From contig CBDEGZ010000003.1 in NCBI GenBank assembly GCA_965238175.1, positions 448,001-512,000 of the forward strand: DNA of 64,000 nucleotides. The letters are read 5' to 3'. This document shows positions 1 to 10,271 of this stretch, one piece after another. This DNA comes from Gammaproteobacteria bacterium. Its GTDB lineage: Bacteria > Pseudomonadota > Gammaproteobacteria > CAJXQU01. The position numbers and the translations under genes were made by a program. The notes below the pieces were generated by a model. It searched no databases. It was not told where the DNA came from and saw nothing but the letters and a program-made list of their open reading frames with translations. Each line of letters begins with the position of its first letter. Positions within the stretch are counted from its first letter, which is position 1.

Positions 1-2
1 AG

Positions 3-185
3 GCACTCGAAAACACACGAGAGTTTTTAAATATTGCAGAACCTTGTCTAACAAGTAGTGAAACTTTTGATCTGGCGGCTGAAAACCTACGCTTAGCATT
101 ACATTCCTTAGGTGAAATTACCGGCGAATTTACTACCGAAGATTTACTCGGTGAAATTTTTTCAGGTTTTTGTATCGGAAAATAA
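3..185 (+). CDS. mnmE: tRNA modification GTPase MnmE, C-terminal fragment (5' end outside window)
   Basis: Manual translation: ...[36 protein letters not shown], the conserved MnmE C-terminus. Confidence 0.95.
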   Translation, partial: ALENTREFLNIAEPCLTSSETFDLAAENLRLALHSLGEITGEFTTEDLLGEIFSGFCIGK

Positions 186-192
186 ATTGAAA

Positions 193-618
193 ATGGATCA
201 GAAAAACTGTACTTTTTTACGCAGAATGGGCGCGATATTTTACGACAGCCTGTTACTATTTTCTGTTCTTTTATTTGCAACGATACCAGCTTTGGTTATA
301 AGCAGTGGTGAAGCAATTGACTCGCAAAATATTTATTTCCAGATTTACTTAATTTTCGTCGCAGCACTCTATTTTATCCTGCCATGGAAAATTCGTGGGC
401 AAACGCTCGGTATGCAAAGCTGGAAAATAAAACTGGTTTCAGACAATGGTGATCGAATAAATTATCAACAAGCGATTAAACGGATCTTGTTTTCATGTTT
501 GTCCTGGGCTCCGGCAGGACTGGGTTTTATCTGGAGTATTTTTGATCAAGAAAACCTTGCCTGGAATGATCGATTATCGAAAACAAAATTGATTCATATT
601 CTTGAAAAAAATAATTGA
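193..618 (+). CDS. RDD family membrane protein
   Basis: RRMGAIFYD, GQTLGMQSWKIKLV and WNDRLSKT motifs; ATG at 193 preferred because the 112 start overlaps mnmE. Confidence 0.88.
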   Translation: MDQKNCTFLRRMGAIFYDSLLLFSVLLFATIPALVISSGEAIDSQNIYFQIYLIFVAALYFILPWKIRGQTLGMQSWKIKLVSDNGDRINYQQAIKRILFSCLSWAPAGLGFIWSIFDQENLAWNDRLSKTKLIHILEKNN

Positions 619-706
619 TTTTAAGCTCCAGGCGGTTTCCAGTCAGGTCGAGTATTTGCGAAAACAGCAGATCACAATACTGACTGTATAATACTTTTAG
701 TTGTTG

Positions 707-1318
707 TCATAACATTCCTTCTTTGATTATAAACTCAACAATATCCTGTAATCCTTGACCTGCTTTTAGGTTAGTAAAAACATACGGCTTATCAACACGC
801 ATTCGCTGTGTATCACTATCCATCACATCAAGGGAGGCGCCAACATAAGGCGCAAGATCAATTTTATTGATGACTAATAGATCGGATCTCGTAATACCGG
901 GACCACCTTTTCTCGGTATCTTTTCGCCTTCAGCGACATCGATGACATAAATCGTAATATCGGCTAATTCTGGGCTGAAAGTGGCAGAAAGGTTATCGCC
1001 ACCACTTTCGATGAAGATGAGATCTAAATCAGTAAACTGATTACTTAAATCTTCAACAGCGGCTAAATTCATCGATGCATCTTCCCGGATCGCTGTATGA
1101 GGACAACCACCAGTTTCAACACCCACAATTCGATCTGCTGAAAGTGCTTCACTTTTTGTTAGGAATTGTGCATCTTCTTTGGTGTAAATATCATTAGTGA
1201 CGACGGCTAATTGATAATCATCGCGCATGGTTTTGCATAAAGCATCTAGCAAAGCAGTTTTTCCTGAGCCGACTGGACCGCCGACACCAATGCGTAAAGG
1301 GGCTTTTTGTGTATTCAT
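707..1318 (-). CDS. ureG: Urease accessory GTPase UreG
   Basis: [10 protein letters not shown]-loop, GGCPH, ESGGDNL, NKID. Confidence 0.98.
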   Translation of the reverse strand: MNTQKAPLRIGVGGPVGSGKTALLDALCKTMRDDYQLAVVTNDIYTKEDAQFLTKSEALSADRIVGVETGGCPHTAIREDASMNLAAVEDLSNQFTDLDLIFIESGGDNLSATFSPELADITIYVIDVAEGEKIPRKGGPGITRSDLLVINKIDLAPYVGASLDVMDSDTQRMRVDKPYVFTNLKAGQGLQDIVEFIIKEGML

Positions 1319-1337
1319 AGTGTGCTCTCAAATTTTT

Positions 1338-2018
1338 TTATGATCTAAATAAACGTGTGTATTGTGTTTCATGTTTTGTGCTTGCATAGGCTAACGCGGG
1401 TGACGAGCTGCCGATATTTTCATCAGTTATTTTCAAACCTTGTTCGACCGCCGTGGCAAGTGGTTGAGCCAGATCACGTAAAATTCGCTGTCCGGCCATT
1501 TGGCCTAATGGAATTAGTTTTACCCCAGAAATCACAAGGTTTTCCAGCCAGGACCATGCAAATCCCTGTGCGCCAATTGATAAAGGAATTTGCCATCGAT
1601 TCAGGGCGACAGCAAAACCTGCTGTCTGGGATTTTGATAAAACGGGTTTCCATTCTAATTCCAGATCTATTTCTAGATCTTCTAATAATCGTACCATTGC
1701 TCTACCGCGATTTATTTCCTCAAGTCTAAGCTCACGGGTTTCCCGGTGAGCAAGTAAGATATCAACCCAATGTGTTAAATCGACAGCATCTGAATTACGG
1801 CTTGCCTGTGTCATTCTGACTAACACTGGGATTTCCAGATAATGAACATTCGTGCTAATCAAGTCTGCTAACCAATCCTGTAATTCAACTTCATTGCACA
1901 CCCACCCGCACTCAACTGCCCACTCCAAACCTTGAGAATAAGTAAACCCGCCAACGGGCAACGCGCTACTTGATAACTGCATCAAGTGAATAAGGCTGGT
2001 ATTTGAAATCGGGTTCAT
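1338..2018 (-). CDS. ureF: Urease accessory protein UreF
   Basis: LPVGGFTYSQGLE N-terminus and HETQYTRLFRS C-terminus; start at 2018 inferred. Confidence 0.95.
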   Translation of the reverse strand: MNPISNTSLIHLMQLSSSALPVGGFTYSQGLEWAVECGWVCNEVELQDWLADLISTNVHYLEIPVLVRMTQASRNSDAVDLTHWVDILLAHRETRELRLEEINRGRAMVRLLEDLEIDLELEWKPVLSKSQTAGFAVALNRWQIPLSIGAQGFAWSWLENLVISGVKLIPLGQMAGQRILRDLAQPLATAVEQGLKITDENIGSSSPALAYASTKHETQYTRLFRS

Positions 2019-2029
2019 ATAATTACAAA

Positions 2030-2212
2030 TTAAGATCGAACATAGATCCATCTAATCAGTACAATCAAAAAAGCTGCAAGAGCAACAGGCCAGACATGTT
2101 CAGGATTGGTAAAAACATGTCGTATATTTTCTAGTAAAGTTACACCATGTTGTTGGTGAGCATGTACTAATACTGGGAAGAAGCTGATAAGTACGAAAAG
2201 TATTTTATTCAT
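2030..2212 (-). CDS. Small His-containing membrane peptide resembling the HupE/UreJ N-terminus
   Basis: Signal peptide, then AHQQHG, HVFTNPEH and one TM helix; AAAGGA RBS; fills the ureE-ureF gap. Confidence 0.6.
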   Translation of the reverse strand: MNKILFVLISFFPVLVHAHQQHGVTLLENIRHVFTNPEHVWPVALAAFLIVLIRWIYVRS

Positions 2213-2230
2213 GAGTTTTCCTTTCATTAT

Positions 2231-2677
2231 TTAATGTTCATGGTGATGTGAACCACCAGTACGATAAGCACCAGCTTCGGGTTCGAACGGTGCTTGTACA
2301 ACAGTCACATCCAGACCCAATCCAGCTAACATCTGATCTAAAACATGATCATGTAGATATTGAATACTGTCGGGTTTAATTTGAAGTGCCACATGTCGAT
2401 TGCCTAAGTGATAGCAAGCTCTTGCTAACAACCAGGTATCTTTGCAATGCACGGACGATAATGTTTCCTCCGCAGCGACAACCTTAACGATAGTGCCCTC
2501 ATCACTTGTTAATAAATCACCATTTTGGAGTATTTGTCCTCGTTCTAAGTACAAACCAACTTCTCGTCCATCGTCTAATACAGCTCGCAAACGACACTTG
2601 ACCCTACTGGACAATGGCAATGTAAGCGTGGCGTGTTCTTTGGTTTTTTCAGTGAGTTTTTGGATTAAATTAATCAT
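2231..2677 (-). CDS. ureE: Urease accessory nickel chaperone UreE
   Basis: YHLGNRH, DHVL, PFEPEAGAY and HHHEH tail; start placed just after the ureC stop. Confidence 0.96.
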   Translation of the reverse strand: MINLIQKLTEKTKEHATLTLPLSSRVKCRLRAVLDDGREVGLYLERGQILQNGDLLTSDEGTIVKVVAAEETLSSVHCKDTWLLARACYHLGNRHVALQIKPDSIQYLHDHVLDQMLAGLGLDVTVVQAPFEPEAGAYRTGGSHHHEH

Positions 2678-2678
2678 A

Positions 2679-4379
2679 TCAAAACAGGAAATAGCGTTGG
2701 GCAAGTGGTAATTCAGCTGCTGGCTCACAGGTTAATAATTCGCCATCTGCAAAGACCTGATATGTTTGAGAGTCAACTTCAATTTCAGGTTGGTAGTCAT
2801 TCAGTACCATATCGGTTTTGGTGATATTTCGACAATTTTTTACCACACCCACCATGCTCTTTAATCCAAGTTGTCCTGCGAGATCATCTTGTTGCGCCGC
2901 CTGTGAAACAAAGGTCATTTTTGTTGCATAGCGGGCGCCACCAAACGTTGCAAACATAGGCCGATAATGTACGGGTTGAGGTGTTGGAATAGAGGCATTT
3001 GGATCACCCATGGGTGCTGCGGCAATCATACCGCCCTTGATAATCAAATTTGGCTTTGTTGCAAAAAAGGCAGGATCCCATAACACAAGATCAGCCAACT
3101 TACCGACCTCAACGGATCCCACCTCATGAGATATGCCATGTGTTATTGCCGGATTTATAGTGTATTTAGCGATATAGCGTTTAGCTCTAAAATTATCAGC
3201 TTCGCGATCATTATCTAAAGCGCCGCGTTGCACTTTCATTTTATGGGCGGTTTGCCATGTTCGAGTGATCACTTCACCAACGCGGCCCATAGCTTGTGAG
3301 TCCGATGCAATCATCGAAAAGGCGCCTAAATCATGCAAAATATCCTCAGCAGCAATGGTTTCTCGTCGGATCCGAGACTCTGCAAACGCCACATCTTCAG
3401 CAATATTGGGATCAAGGTGATGGCAGACCATCAACATATCTAGATGTTCGTCAACGGTATTAATAGTGTAAGGCCTGGTTGGGTTAGTCGACGACGGTAA
3501 AACAAAAGGCTCACCACAGGCTTTGATAATATCGGGGGCGTGGCCGCCGCCAGCACCTTCGGTATGATAGGTGTGAATTGTTCTCCCTTTCATAGCTGCT
3601 AAAGTATGCTCAACAAAACCAGATTCGTTTAAGGTGTCAGTATGAATTGCGACTTGCACATCCATTTTGTCTGCCACAGATAAACAAGTATCGATCGATG
3701 CCGGCGTTGTGCCCCAATCTTCATGTAATTTCAGGCCGATGGCACCTGCACGCACCTGTTCTTCAAGTGGTGCCCGGTTGCTGGCATTACCTTTAGCCAG
3801 ATAACCAATATTGATCGGTAAATCTTCCGCCGCCTGTAGCATGCGATGCATATTCCAAATGCCTGGTGTACAAGTTGTGGCATTGGTGCCGGTTGCGGGT
3901 CCTGTGCCGCCGCCCAACATTGTTGTCACACCGGACATTAAAGCTTCTTCAATCTGTTGAGGACAAATAAAATGAATATGTGAATCGATTCCACCAGCCG
4001 TTAAAATCTGACCTTCGCCAGCAATAACTTCGGTTCCAGGTCCAACTAAGATAGTCACGCCCGGCTGGATATCAGGGTTGCCTGCCTTACCAATACCGAC
4101 AATACGACCATGCTTAATACCGATATCGGCTTTAATAATACCCCAGTGATCCAGTATCAATGCATTTGTGATAACGAGATCAACAACGTCAGCATCATTA
4201 CCTTGGCATTGTCCCATACCATCCCGAATTACTTTGCCGCCACCAAATTTGACTTCATCACCATAGACAGTGTGATCCTTTTCGATTTCTATCCAGAGCT
4301 CAGTATCACCCAAACGAACACGGTCACCGGTGGTTGGGCCATACATTTCCATATAGGCTTGTCTGTTAATGGCCGTCAT
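2679..4379 (-). CDS. ureC: Urease alpha subunit
   Basis: [32 protein letters not shown]. Confidence 0.99.
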   Translation of the reverse strand: MTAINRQAYMEMYGPTTGDRVRLGDTELWIEIEKDHTVYGDEVKFGGGKVIRDGMGQCQGNDADVVDLVITNALILDHWGIIKADIGIKHGRIVGIGKAGNPDIQPGVTILVGPGTEVIAGEGQILTAGGIDSHIHFICPQQIEEALMSGVTTMLGGGTGPATGTNATTCTPGIWNMHRMLQAAEDLPINIGYLAKGNASNRAPLEEQVRAGAIGLKLHEDWGTTPASIDTCLSVADKMDVQVAIHTDTLNESGFVEHTLAAMKGRTIHTYHTEGAGGGHAPDIIKACGEPFVLPSSTNPTRPYTINTVDEHLDMLMVCHHLDPNIAEDVAFAESRIRRETIAAEDILHDLGAFSMIASDSQAMGRVGEVITRTWQTAHKMKVQRGALDNDREADNFRAKRYIAKYTINPAITHGISHEVGSVEVGKLADLVLWDPAFFATKPNLIIKGGMIAAAPMGDPNASIPTPQPVHYRPMFATFGGARYATKMTFVSQAAQQDDLAGQLGLKSMVGVVKNCRNITKTDMVLNDYQPEIEVDSQTYQVFADGELLTCEPAAELPLAQRYFLF

Positions 4380-4693
4380 GATTTATGCTCCAGGGCACCC
4401 ATAACTTCAGCGTTAAAACCATAAACATGACGTCTACCTACATAAGTGACCAATTCGACTTCACGTGTCTGGCCAGGTTCGAATCGTACCGCAGTACCTG
4501 CTGCTATATTCAGTCTGAAACCGTAAGCCTTTTTACGATCGAATATCAAAGCGGGATTGATTTCAAAAAAGTGATAATGAGAGCCAACTTGTATCGGCCG
4601 ATCACCTGTATTGGCGACATCAACACTGACCGTTTCTCGGCCTGTATTTAGTGTAATATCGCCTTCTGCAACAATGACTTCACCTGGAATCAT
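4376..4693 (-). CDS. ureB: Urease beta subunit
   Basis: MIPGE...[17 protein letters not shown]...GTAVRFEPG. Confidence 0.98.
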   Translation of the reverse strand: MIPGEVIVAEGDITLNTGRETVSVDVANTGDRPIQVGSHYHFFEINPALIFDRKKAYGFRLNIAAGTAVRFEPGQTREVELVTYVGRRHVYGFNAEVMGALEHKS

Positions 4694-4716
4694 GAGTTAT
4701 TCTCCTGTGTTGAATT

Positions 4717-5019
4717 TCATACAATAGGGTCATGGACAGTGACCAGTTTGGTCCCATCTGGAAATGTGGCTTCAACTTGTACATCATGAATCATTTCGGC
4801 TACTCCAGGCATGACATCATCACGACCCAATAACGTACGGCCGTAATTCATTAGTTCTGCCACACTCATGCCATCACGCGCACCTTCTAAAATGGCTGCG
4901 CTGATATAAGCGATCGCTTCTGGATGATTGAGTTTTAAACCACGTGCTTTACGGCGTTCGGCCAATAGTCCAGCGGTAAATAACAATAGTTTGTCTTTTT
5001 CTCTTGGAGTTAAATTCAT
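4717..5019 (-). CDS. ureA: Urease gamma subunit
   Basis: [11 protein letters not shown]...[14 protein letters not shown]. Confidence 0.99.
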   Translation of the reverse strand: MNLTPREKDKLLLFTAGLLAERRKARGLKLNHPEAIAYISAAILEGARDGMSVAELMNYGRTLLGRDDVMPGVAEMIHDVQVEATFPDGTKLVTVHDPIV

Positions 5020-5034
5020 TGTAATAATCCTGAT

Positions 5035-5877
5035 TTAAGTAGCCCATATTCGTGGAGGACAAGCTGTTTTTTTCAAAATAGCGGGTCTTAATACTGACCA
5101 TATCGAAGTAAATAACTTGCGACATTCAGCCGTTGAATGACCCAGGTATCTGATCAATAAACAATCTTCTAGCATTGTTGCAGCAACAAGAGGTGAATGA
5201 TTGTCTGGTAAAGTGTCACGAACAGCGTCTAATAGCTGTTCATCTGTTGGACAGGCAATAAGGTTTGCCATAACAGGGTTACCGCGTAAGCCAGCTGGAG
5301 CAGCTAATCTGTCTGCCATGATCTGTATGCATTCCATCACTACAGGCCGACCCTCTTTGTACAAAGAAAAATCCAAATCTAAGCGACCGGATGAAAAGTG
5401 TTCTTGATTAGTCGGTAAACCAAGGCAATGTGTTTCCCAGCCTAAAAAATGAGTATTTGCGGCTAAATCTATCCGTGTATGCATCTGTACTTGTGCGCCC
5501 GGGAAATAGATGTTTTCTTGTGGCAACCATTCCAGAATTCCGAGTTCATCGACATGCAAATTTTGTTGTTGATGAGCAGTGTCACCTTGGCTACGATAAA
5601 ACTTCGTTGCTCCAGGGGTGGTTAATAATGTGTGAGCTTGTTTTTGAACATCAGCATTAATTGTTAGAGTATCTCCGCCGACAACCCCACCGGGGGGATG
5701 AAGCAGGTACAAATGACAGACGTCACCTTCTGGATAAAAAGCACGTTGAACACTCAATGGCCCACGTTGTTGACGCTGTGACAACACTGTTTTTTGATCC
5801 CGACGACAAAACTGTAAATCGAGCTGCGCTTGCCAACCTGTCGATTCTGCGATGTCGGTGTCCATGACTTGCTTCAT
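5035..5877 (-). CDS. ureD: Urease accessory protein UreD
   Basis: LLHPPGGVVGGD, TTPGATKFYRS, PPRIWAT. Confidence 0.97.
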   Translation of the reverse strand: MKQVMDTDIAESTGWQAQLDLQFCRRDQKTVLSQRQQRGPLSVQRAFYPEGDVCHLYLLHPPGGVVGGDTLTINADVQKQAHTLLTTPGATKFYRSQGDTAHQQQNLHVDELGILEWLPQENIYFPGAQVQMHTRIDLAANTHFLGWETHCLGLPTNQEHFSSGRLDLDFSLYKEGRPVVMECIQIMADRLAAPAGLRGNPVMANLIACPTDEQLLDAVRDTLPDNHSPLVAATMLEDCLLIRYLGHSTAECRKLFTSIWSVLRPAILKKTACPPRIWAT

Positions 5878-6569
5878 ACAGTTAGATATTCCTTAACAAG
5901 ATCGTCATTGAGATCAGCGATATTACCGCTTGCTACCGCTCTACCACGCTCCATAATCACAAAGTGATCAGCGACTTTTCTGGTGATCGGTAATTTTTGT
6001 TCAACCAATAAAACAGTTAAACCTATTTCTTTATTGAGGCGATTAATAATGTCTCCAATTTCTTGTACGATATTGGGTTGGATCCCTTCCGTTGGTTCAT
6101 CCAGAATCAACATTTTTGGATCGAGTACCAAGGCACGTCCAATTGCTAATTGCTGTTGTTGTCCACCAGAAAGATCACCACCGCGGCGGCCTAACATTTC
6201 CTTTAAAACTGGAAACATTTCGTAGATAAAATCAGGAATCGTTCGACTTTTATCTCTGCGAGCTGACAAGCCGATTTTGAGGTTTTCTTCTACCGTTAAC
6301 AAAGGGAATATTTGTCGCCCTTGTGGTACATAACCTATGCCTAGTCCAGCTCGTTGTTCGGCAGAAAAGGTGGTTAAATCGTGATTTTCAAAGATCATGC
6401 TGCCAGATTGAATAGGTAAGACACCCATCACACTTTGTACTAATGTTGTTTTACCAACACCATTTCGACCCATAATACAGGTACATTTTCCTTTAGCGAT
6501 ATCGAGTTCCAAATCCCATAAAGTATGGCTTTCACCATAAAACTGATTGAGTTTTTTGATTTTTAACAC
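5874..6569 (-). CDS. urtE: Urea ABC transporter ATP-binding subunit UrtE
   Basis: GRNGVGKTT, LSGGQQQQLAIGRAL, LDEPTEGIQP. Confidence 0.95.
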   Translation of the reverse strand: MLKIKKLNQFYGESHTLWDLELDIAKGKCTCIMGRNGVGKTTLVQSVMGVLPIQSGSMIFENHDLTTFSAEQRAGLGIGYVPQGRQIFPLLTVEENLKIGLSARRDKSRTIPDFIYEMFPVLKEMLGRRGGDLSGGQQQQLAIGRALVLDPKMLILDEPTEGIQPNIVQEIGDIINRLNKEIGLTVLLVEQKLPITRKVADHFVIMERGRAVASGNIADLNDDLVKEYLTV

Positions 6570-6571
6570 TT

Positions 6572-7402
6572 TTAACTCCCTAGATATACTTCAATAACGC
6601 GAGGATCATTTTGCACCTCATCCATACTGCCTTCAGCCAATACGGAGCCCTGGTGCAATACCGTCACTGTTTTAGCAATAGAACGGACAAAATCCATATC
6701 ATGCTCAACCACCACAACTGAATGCTCACCTGCTAATGAAGTTAATAATTCACCAGTCTTATCCATTTCCTGGTGTGTCATACCCGCAACAGGCTCATCA
6801 ACCAATAATAGCCGTGGTCGTTGCATCAGCAACATGCCGATTTCCAGCCATTGCTTTTGACCATGAGACAGTACGCCTGCACGTTGCATAGCATGTTCTT
6901 GTAGGCCAATTTTGACTAAAACAAGGTCGATATCATCACGTTGTTCACCTGTTAATCGTGCAAATAAGGTTGTCCAAACACCTTTATTGCCGTGCATTGC
7001 TAATGCTAAATTTTCAAACACGGTATGATTTTCAAACACGGTCGGTTTTTGAAATTTACGTCCGATACCTGCGTTAGCAATGTCCGGTTCGCTCATATTC
7101 AATAAATTCATCGTCTGACCGAAATAAACCGTACCAGTGTCAGGCCGTGTTTTGCCGGTAATAATATCCATCATTGTCGTTTTACCTGCACCATTAGGGC
7201 CGATAATGCAGCGCAACTCACCATCATTGATATAAAGGTTAAGGTCGTTTATGGCTTTAAAACCATCGAAGCTTACGGACACGTCTTCCATATAGAGGAT
7301 GATGTTTTTCTTAACATCAAGGTTGGGGTTGATTTCGGGCATCAAAAAATCAAAGACTTGATCGCGACGCATCAATTTTCGAACATCTTCTAAAGCACTC
7401 AT
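6572..7402 (-). CDS. urtD: Urea ABC transporter ATP-binding subunit UrtD
   Basis: GPNGAGKTT, IGRKFQKPTVF, LSHGQKQWLEIGM. Confidence 0.95.
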   Translation of the reverse strand: MSALEDVRKLMRRDQVFDFLMPEINPNLDVKKNIILYMEDVSVSFDGFKAINDLNLYINDGELRCIIGPNGAGKTTMMDIITGKTRPDTGTVYFGQTMNLLNMSEPDIANAGIGRKFQKPTVFENHTVFENLALAMHGNKGVWTTLFARLTGEQRDDIDLVLVKIGLQEHAMQRAGVLSHGQKQWLEIGMLLMQRPRLLLVDEPVAGMTHQEMDKTGELLTSLAGEHSVVVVEHDMDFVRSIAKTVTVLHQGSVLAEGSMDEVQNDPRVIEVYLGS

Positions 7403-8487
7403 GCGTGCGCCTCCTTATGGCGATTGAATAAACCGGCCACGCCACGAGGTAAATACATAGTGGCGAAGATAAATAAGCCTCCTAAAGCATAGAGCCAAAC
7501 TTCCGGTAGTGCTCCTGTAAAGTAGGTCTTAGATAAGTTCACTAAAATAGCGCCAACAACGGCACCATAGAGTGTAGAACGACCACCAATGGCAACCCAG
7601 ATAACAACCTCTATTGAAAATAAGGGTGAAAATTCACCAGGATTAATAATCGCCACTTGAGAGACATATAATGCACCGGCGATACCCGCTAAAATTGCCG
7701 AAAACGTGAAGATCCATAACTTTACGTTTTCAACGCGGTAGCCAAGAAAACGTAATCTATCTTCGCTATCTCTGACAGCAATGGCGACACGCCCTAATTT
7801 AGATTGCACGATAGCGCGACAGGCGATATAGCCACCTGCAAGTGCGATGGCAGAAGCGAGGAATAAACTAATTCGGGTGGTATCACTTTGTAATGAAAAC
7901 CCAAGAATATCTTTAAAGTCGGTTAGGCCGTTATTACCACCAAACCCCATTTCGTTACGGAAAAAGGCCAGCATTAATGCGTAGGTCAATGCCTGTGTGA
8001 TAATCGATAAATATACACCCGTGACGCGAGAACGAAAGGTCAGCCAACCAAATAAAAAGGCCATCACACCGGGTACAAAAATAATCATTAAGGCAGCAAA
8101 CCAGAAATGATCAAACCCGAGCCAGAACCACGGCAATTCTTTCCAATCAAGAAAGACCATAAAGTCCGGTAAAATTGGATCACCATAGACACCTCGATCA
8201 CCAATTTGACGCATCAAATACATGCCCATGGCGTAACCACCCAAGGCAAAAAAAGCACCATGGCCCAAGGTTAAAATACCCAAAATGCCCCAGACTAAAT
8301 CGACGGCTATCGCTAATAAGGCATAGGTTAAATATTTACCGAGCAAGGTGACCGTGTAAGTGCTTATATGAAACACATTGCCTTCAGGTACAAACAAGTT
8401 AAGTAGTGGCACAATCATGCTAACTGTCAACAGCACTATTAAGAAAATTTGACCACCACGATCATTTTTTAGAATATTCATCAACAT
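7399..8487 (-). CDS. urtC: Urea ABC transporter permease UrtC
   Basis: LPDFMVFLDWKELPWFW, GFGGNNGLTDF. Confidence 0.95.
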   Translation of the reverse strand: MLMNILKNDRGGQIFLIVLLTVSMIVPLLNLFVPEGNVFHISTYTVTLLGKYLTYALLAIAVDLVWGILGILTLGHGAFFALGGYAMGMYLMRQIGDRGVYGDPILPDFMVFLDWKELPWFWLGFDHFWFAALMIIFVPGVMAFLFGWLTFRSRVTGVYLSIITQALTYALMLAFFRNEMGFGGNNGLTDFKDILGFSLQSDTTRISLFLASAIALAGGYIACRAIVQSKLGRVAIAVRDSEDRLRFLGYRVENVKLWIFTFSAILAGIAGALYVSQVAIINPGEFSPLFSIEVVIWVAIGGRSTLYGAVVGAILVNLSKTYFTGALPEVWLYALGGLFIFATMYLPRGVAGLFNRHKEAHA

Positions 8488-8534
8488 AATCTCTCTCCAT
8501 CACACTTATATTTATTCACAGGTTTAATCTTGTT

Positions 8535-10142
8535 TTAAGCCGAACGGCCCTTTTGTGGAAACAGCCCTTTCGGTCGTTTCTGAATAAATAAAATAATGAA
8601 TATTAAAACCAATATTTTTGCTAATACGGCACCAGACCAAGGTTCTAGTAATTTATTGGTGACGCCTAAACCTAAGCCCGCGATTAAAGTGCCCCACAAA
8701 TTACCGACTCCCCCAAACACCACGACCATGAAGGAATCGATGATATAAGCTTGGCCCAGATTAGGGCCAACATTGGTGAGTTGGCTTAATGCGACGCCCG
8801 CGACACCGGCTATCCCTGAACCCAAGCCAAAAGTTATTGCATCAACCCAATTTGCTTTAACACCCATCGACCGCGCCATAGATCGGTTTTGTGATACTGC
8901 GCGAACCTGTAAACCCAGGCGGGTTTTGTTGAGAATGGCAAATAAAGCAGCAAACACGATCAGGCTGAAGATGATGATATAAAGTCGGTTCCATGTCAGT
9001 GCTAATACGTCATTGATCTGCCAGACACCACTCATCCATGACGGTGCTTCGACGGCCATATTGAGGGGGCCAAATAGTGATCGAACAAGTTGCTGAAGAA
9101 CTAAGCTAACCCCAAAAGTGGCCAATAATGTTTCTAGTGGCCGGCCATATAAAAAGCGAATAATGCCGCGTTCAATTAGAATTCCGACAATACCTGAAAC
9201 AATAAATGCTAATGGGATAGCAATAAGAACAGAATATTCGATCAGATTAGGTAACCAGGCTTGCACGAGATAAGTGGTATAAGCACCTAGCATAATAAGT
9301 TCGCCGTGAGCCATATTAATAACGCCCATAACGCCGAAAGTGATTGCGAGTCCTATCGCGGCTAATACCAAAACCGAGCCAAGGCTTAAGCCAAAGAACA
9401 GCGTCTCTATTTTGTTGTAACGTTGCACTCTGATATCGATTTTTTTTAATACGTTTCGAGCGGCTCTTTTGATTTTGGGATCAACATCACTGGAGATAAG
9501 ATCAGCTAGTACCTGTTGAACACTGGGGTGGACACTGTCTTTAAGTTGTGAAATTAGTGCTAATGTGTCGCCCTGGCCGGATTTAAGTTTCAATGTGGCA
9601 ATGGCAACGTTAAGTAATGTTTTAACGTCGTCATTTTGCTCGATCGCGAGGCGGGTTTCTAAAGCGGTTATTTGTTCAATATCAATTTGGCTTAATGCTT
9701 GTTGTATAGCATGAATGCGGATATTTGCAGCGTCATCATTAAGCTCGATCATCGCCAGGGTATCACGCAATTTTGTCCGAATTTTGTTATTGATAATAAT
9801 TTTTTTCCATGCTTTACCCGGTTCACCGGCTATGGTTTCGCCAGTCAACACATTTGTTATTTTTGCAGCTCCTTTCTTCTTGATAATCGCCACAACTTTA
9901 TCTGACTTTCTGTAGTACAACTCACTACTCAAGAGTGCGTTGATGACACCCGGTAGCCGATCATCGCCTGTTGTTGTAATGGTATTGATCGCCTGAGTAC
10001 GTACTTTTATTTTGGAAGCAGTGAGCTTATTTAAAGCAGATGAGAAATTGGACGGTATTGATTCAACAGTCGCGGATAGGGCTGAAATAATTGGTAAGAT
10101 TGTAAAAATCAGAACCAATAAAAATTTAGTTATGTGCGTCAT
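8535..10142 (-). CDS. urtB: Urea ABC transporter permease UrtB with N-terminal periplasmic domain
   Basis: GLAITFGVMGVINMAHGE, GRPLETLLATFG, RPKGLFPQKGR. Confidence 0.95.
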   Translation of the reverse strand: MTHITKFLLVLIFTILPIISALSATVESIPSNFSSALNKLTASKIKVRTQAINTITTTGDDRLPGVINALLSSELYYRKSDKVVAIIKKKGAAKITNVLTGETIAGEPGKAWKKIIINNKIRTKLRDTLAMIELNDDAANIRIHAIQQALSQIDIEQITALETRLAIEQNDDVKTLLNVAIATLKLKSGQGDTLALISQLKDSVHPSVQQVLADLISSDVDPKIKRAARNVLKKIDIRVQRYNKIETLFFGLSLGSVLVLAAIGLAITFGVMGVINMAHGELIMLGAYTTYLVQAWLPNLIEYSVLIAIPLAFIVSGIVGILIERGIIRFLYGRPLETLLATFGVSLVLQQLVRSLFGPLNMAVEAPSWMSGVWQINDVLALTWNRLYIIIFSLIVFAALFAILNKTRLGLQVRAVSQNRSMARSMGVKANWVDAITFGLGSGIAGVAGVALSQLTNVGPNLGQAYIIDSFMVVVFGGVGNLWGTLIAGLGLGVTNKLLEPWSGAVLAKILVLIFIILFIQKRPKGLFPQKGRSA

Positions 10143-10220
10143 TGCATTAACTCTTTAAATTGAAATCGATGTATTCAAAAATAGATCAATAGGAAATTTG
10201 TTTATAATTTGGGATTTAAT

Positions 10221-10258
10221 AAGAAAAGTGCGTAACCAGAGGTTACGCACTTTTCTCT
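10221..10258 (-). terminator. Intercistronic hairpin after urtA (partial terminator or mRNA stabiliser)
   Basis: GAAAAGTGCGTAACC-aga-GGTTACGCACTTTTC perfect inverted repeat. Confidence 0.7.
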
Positions 10259-10271
10259 TTAACAGATTTAC

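Noticed and set aside
112-192. N-terminal extension of the RDD ORF
   Set aside because: Overlaps the mnmE 3' end in another frame; ATG 193 is the plausible start
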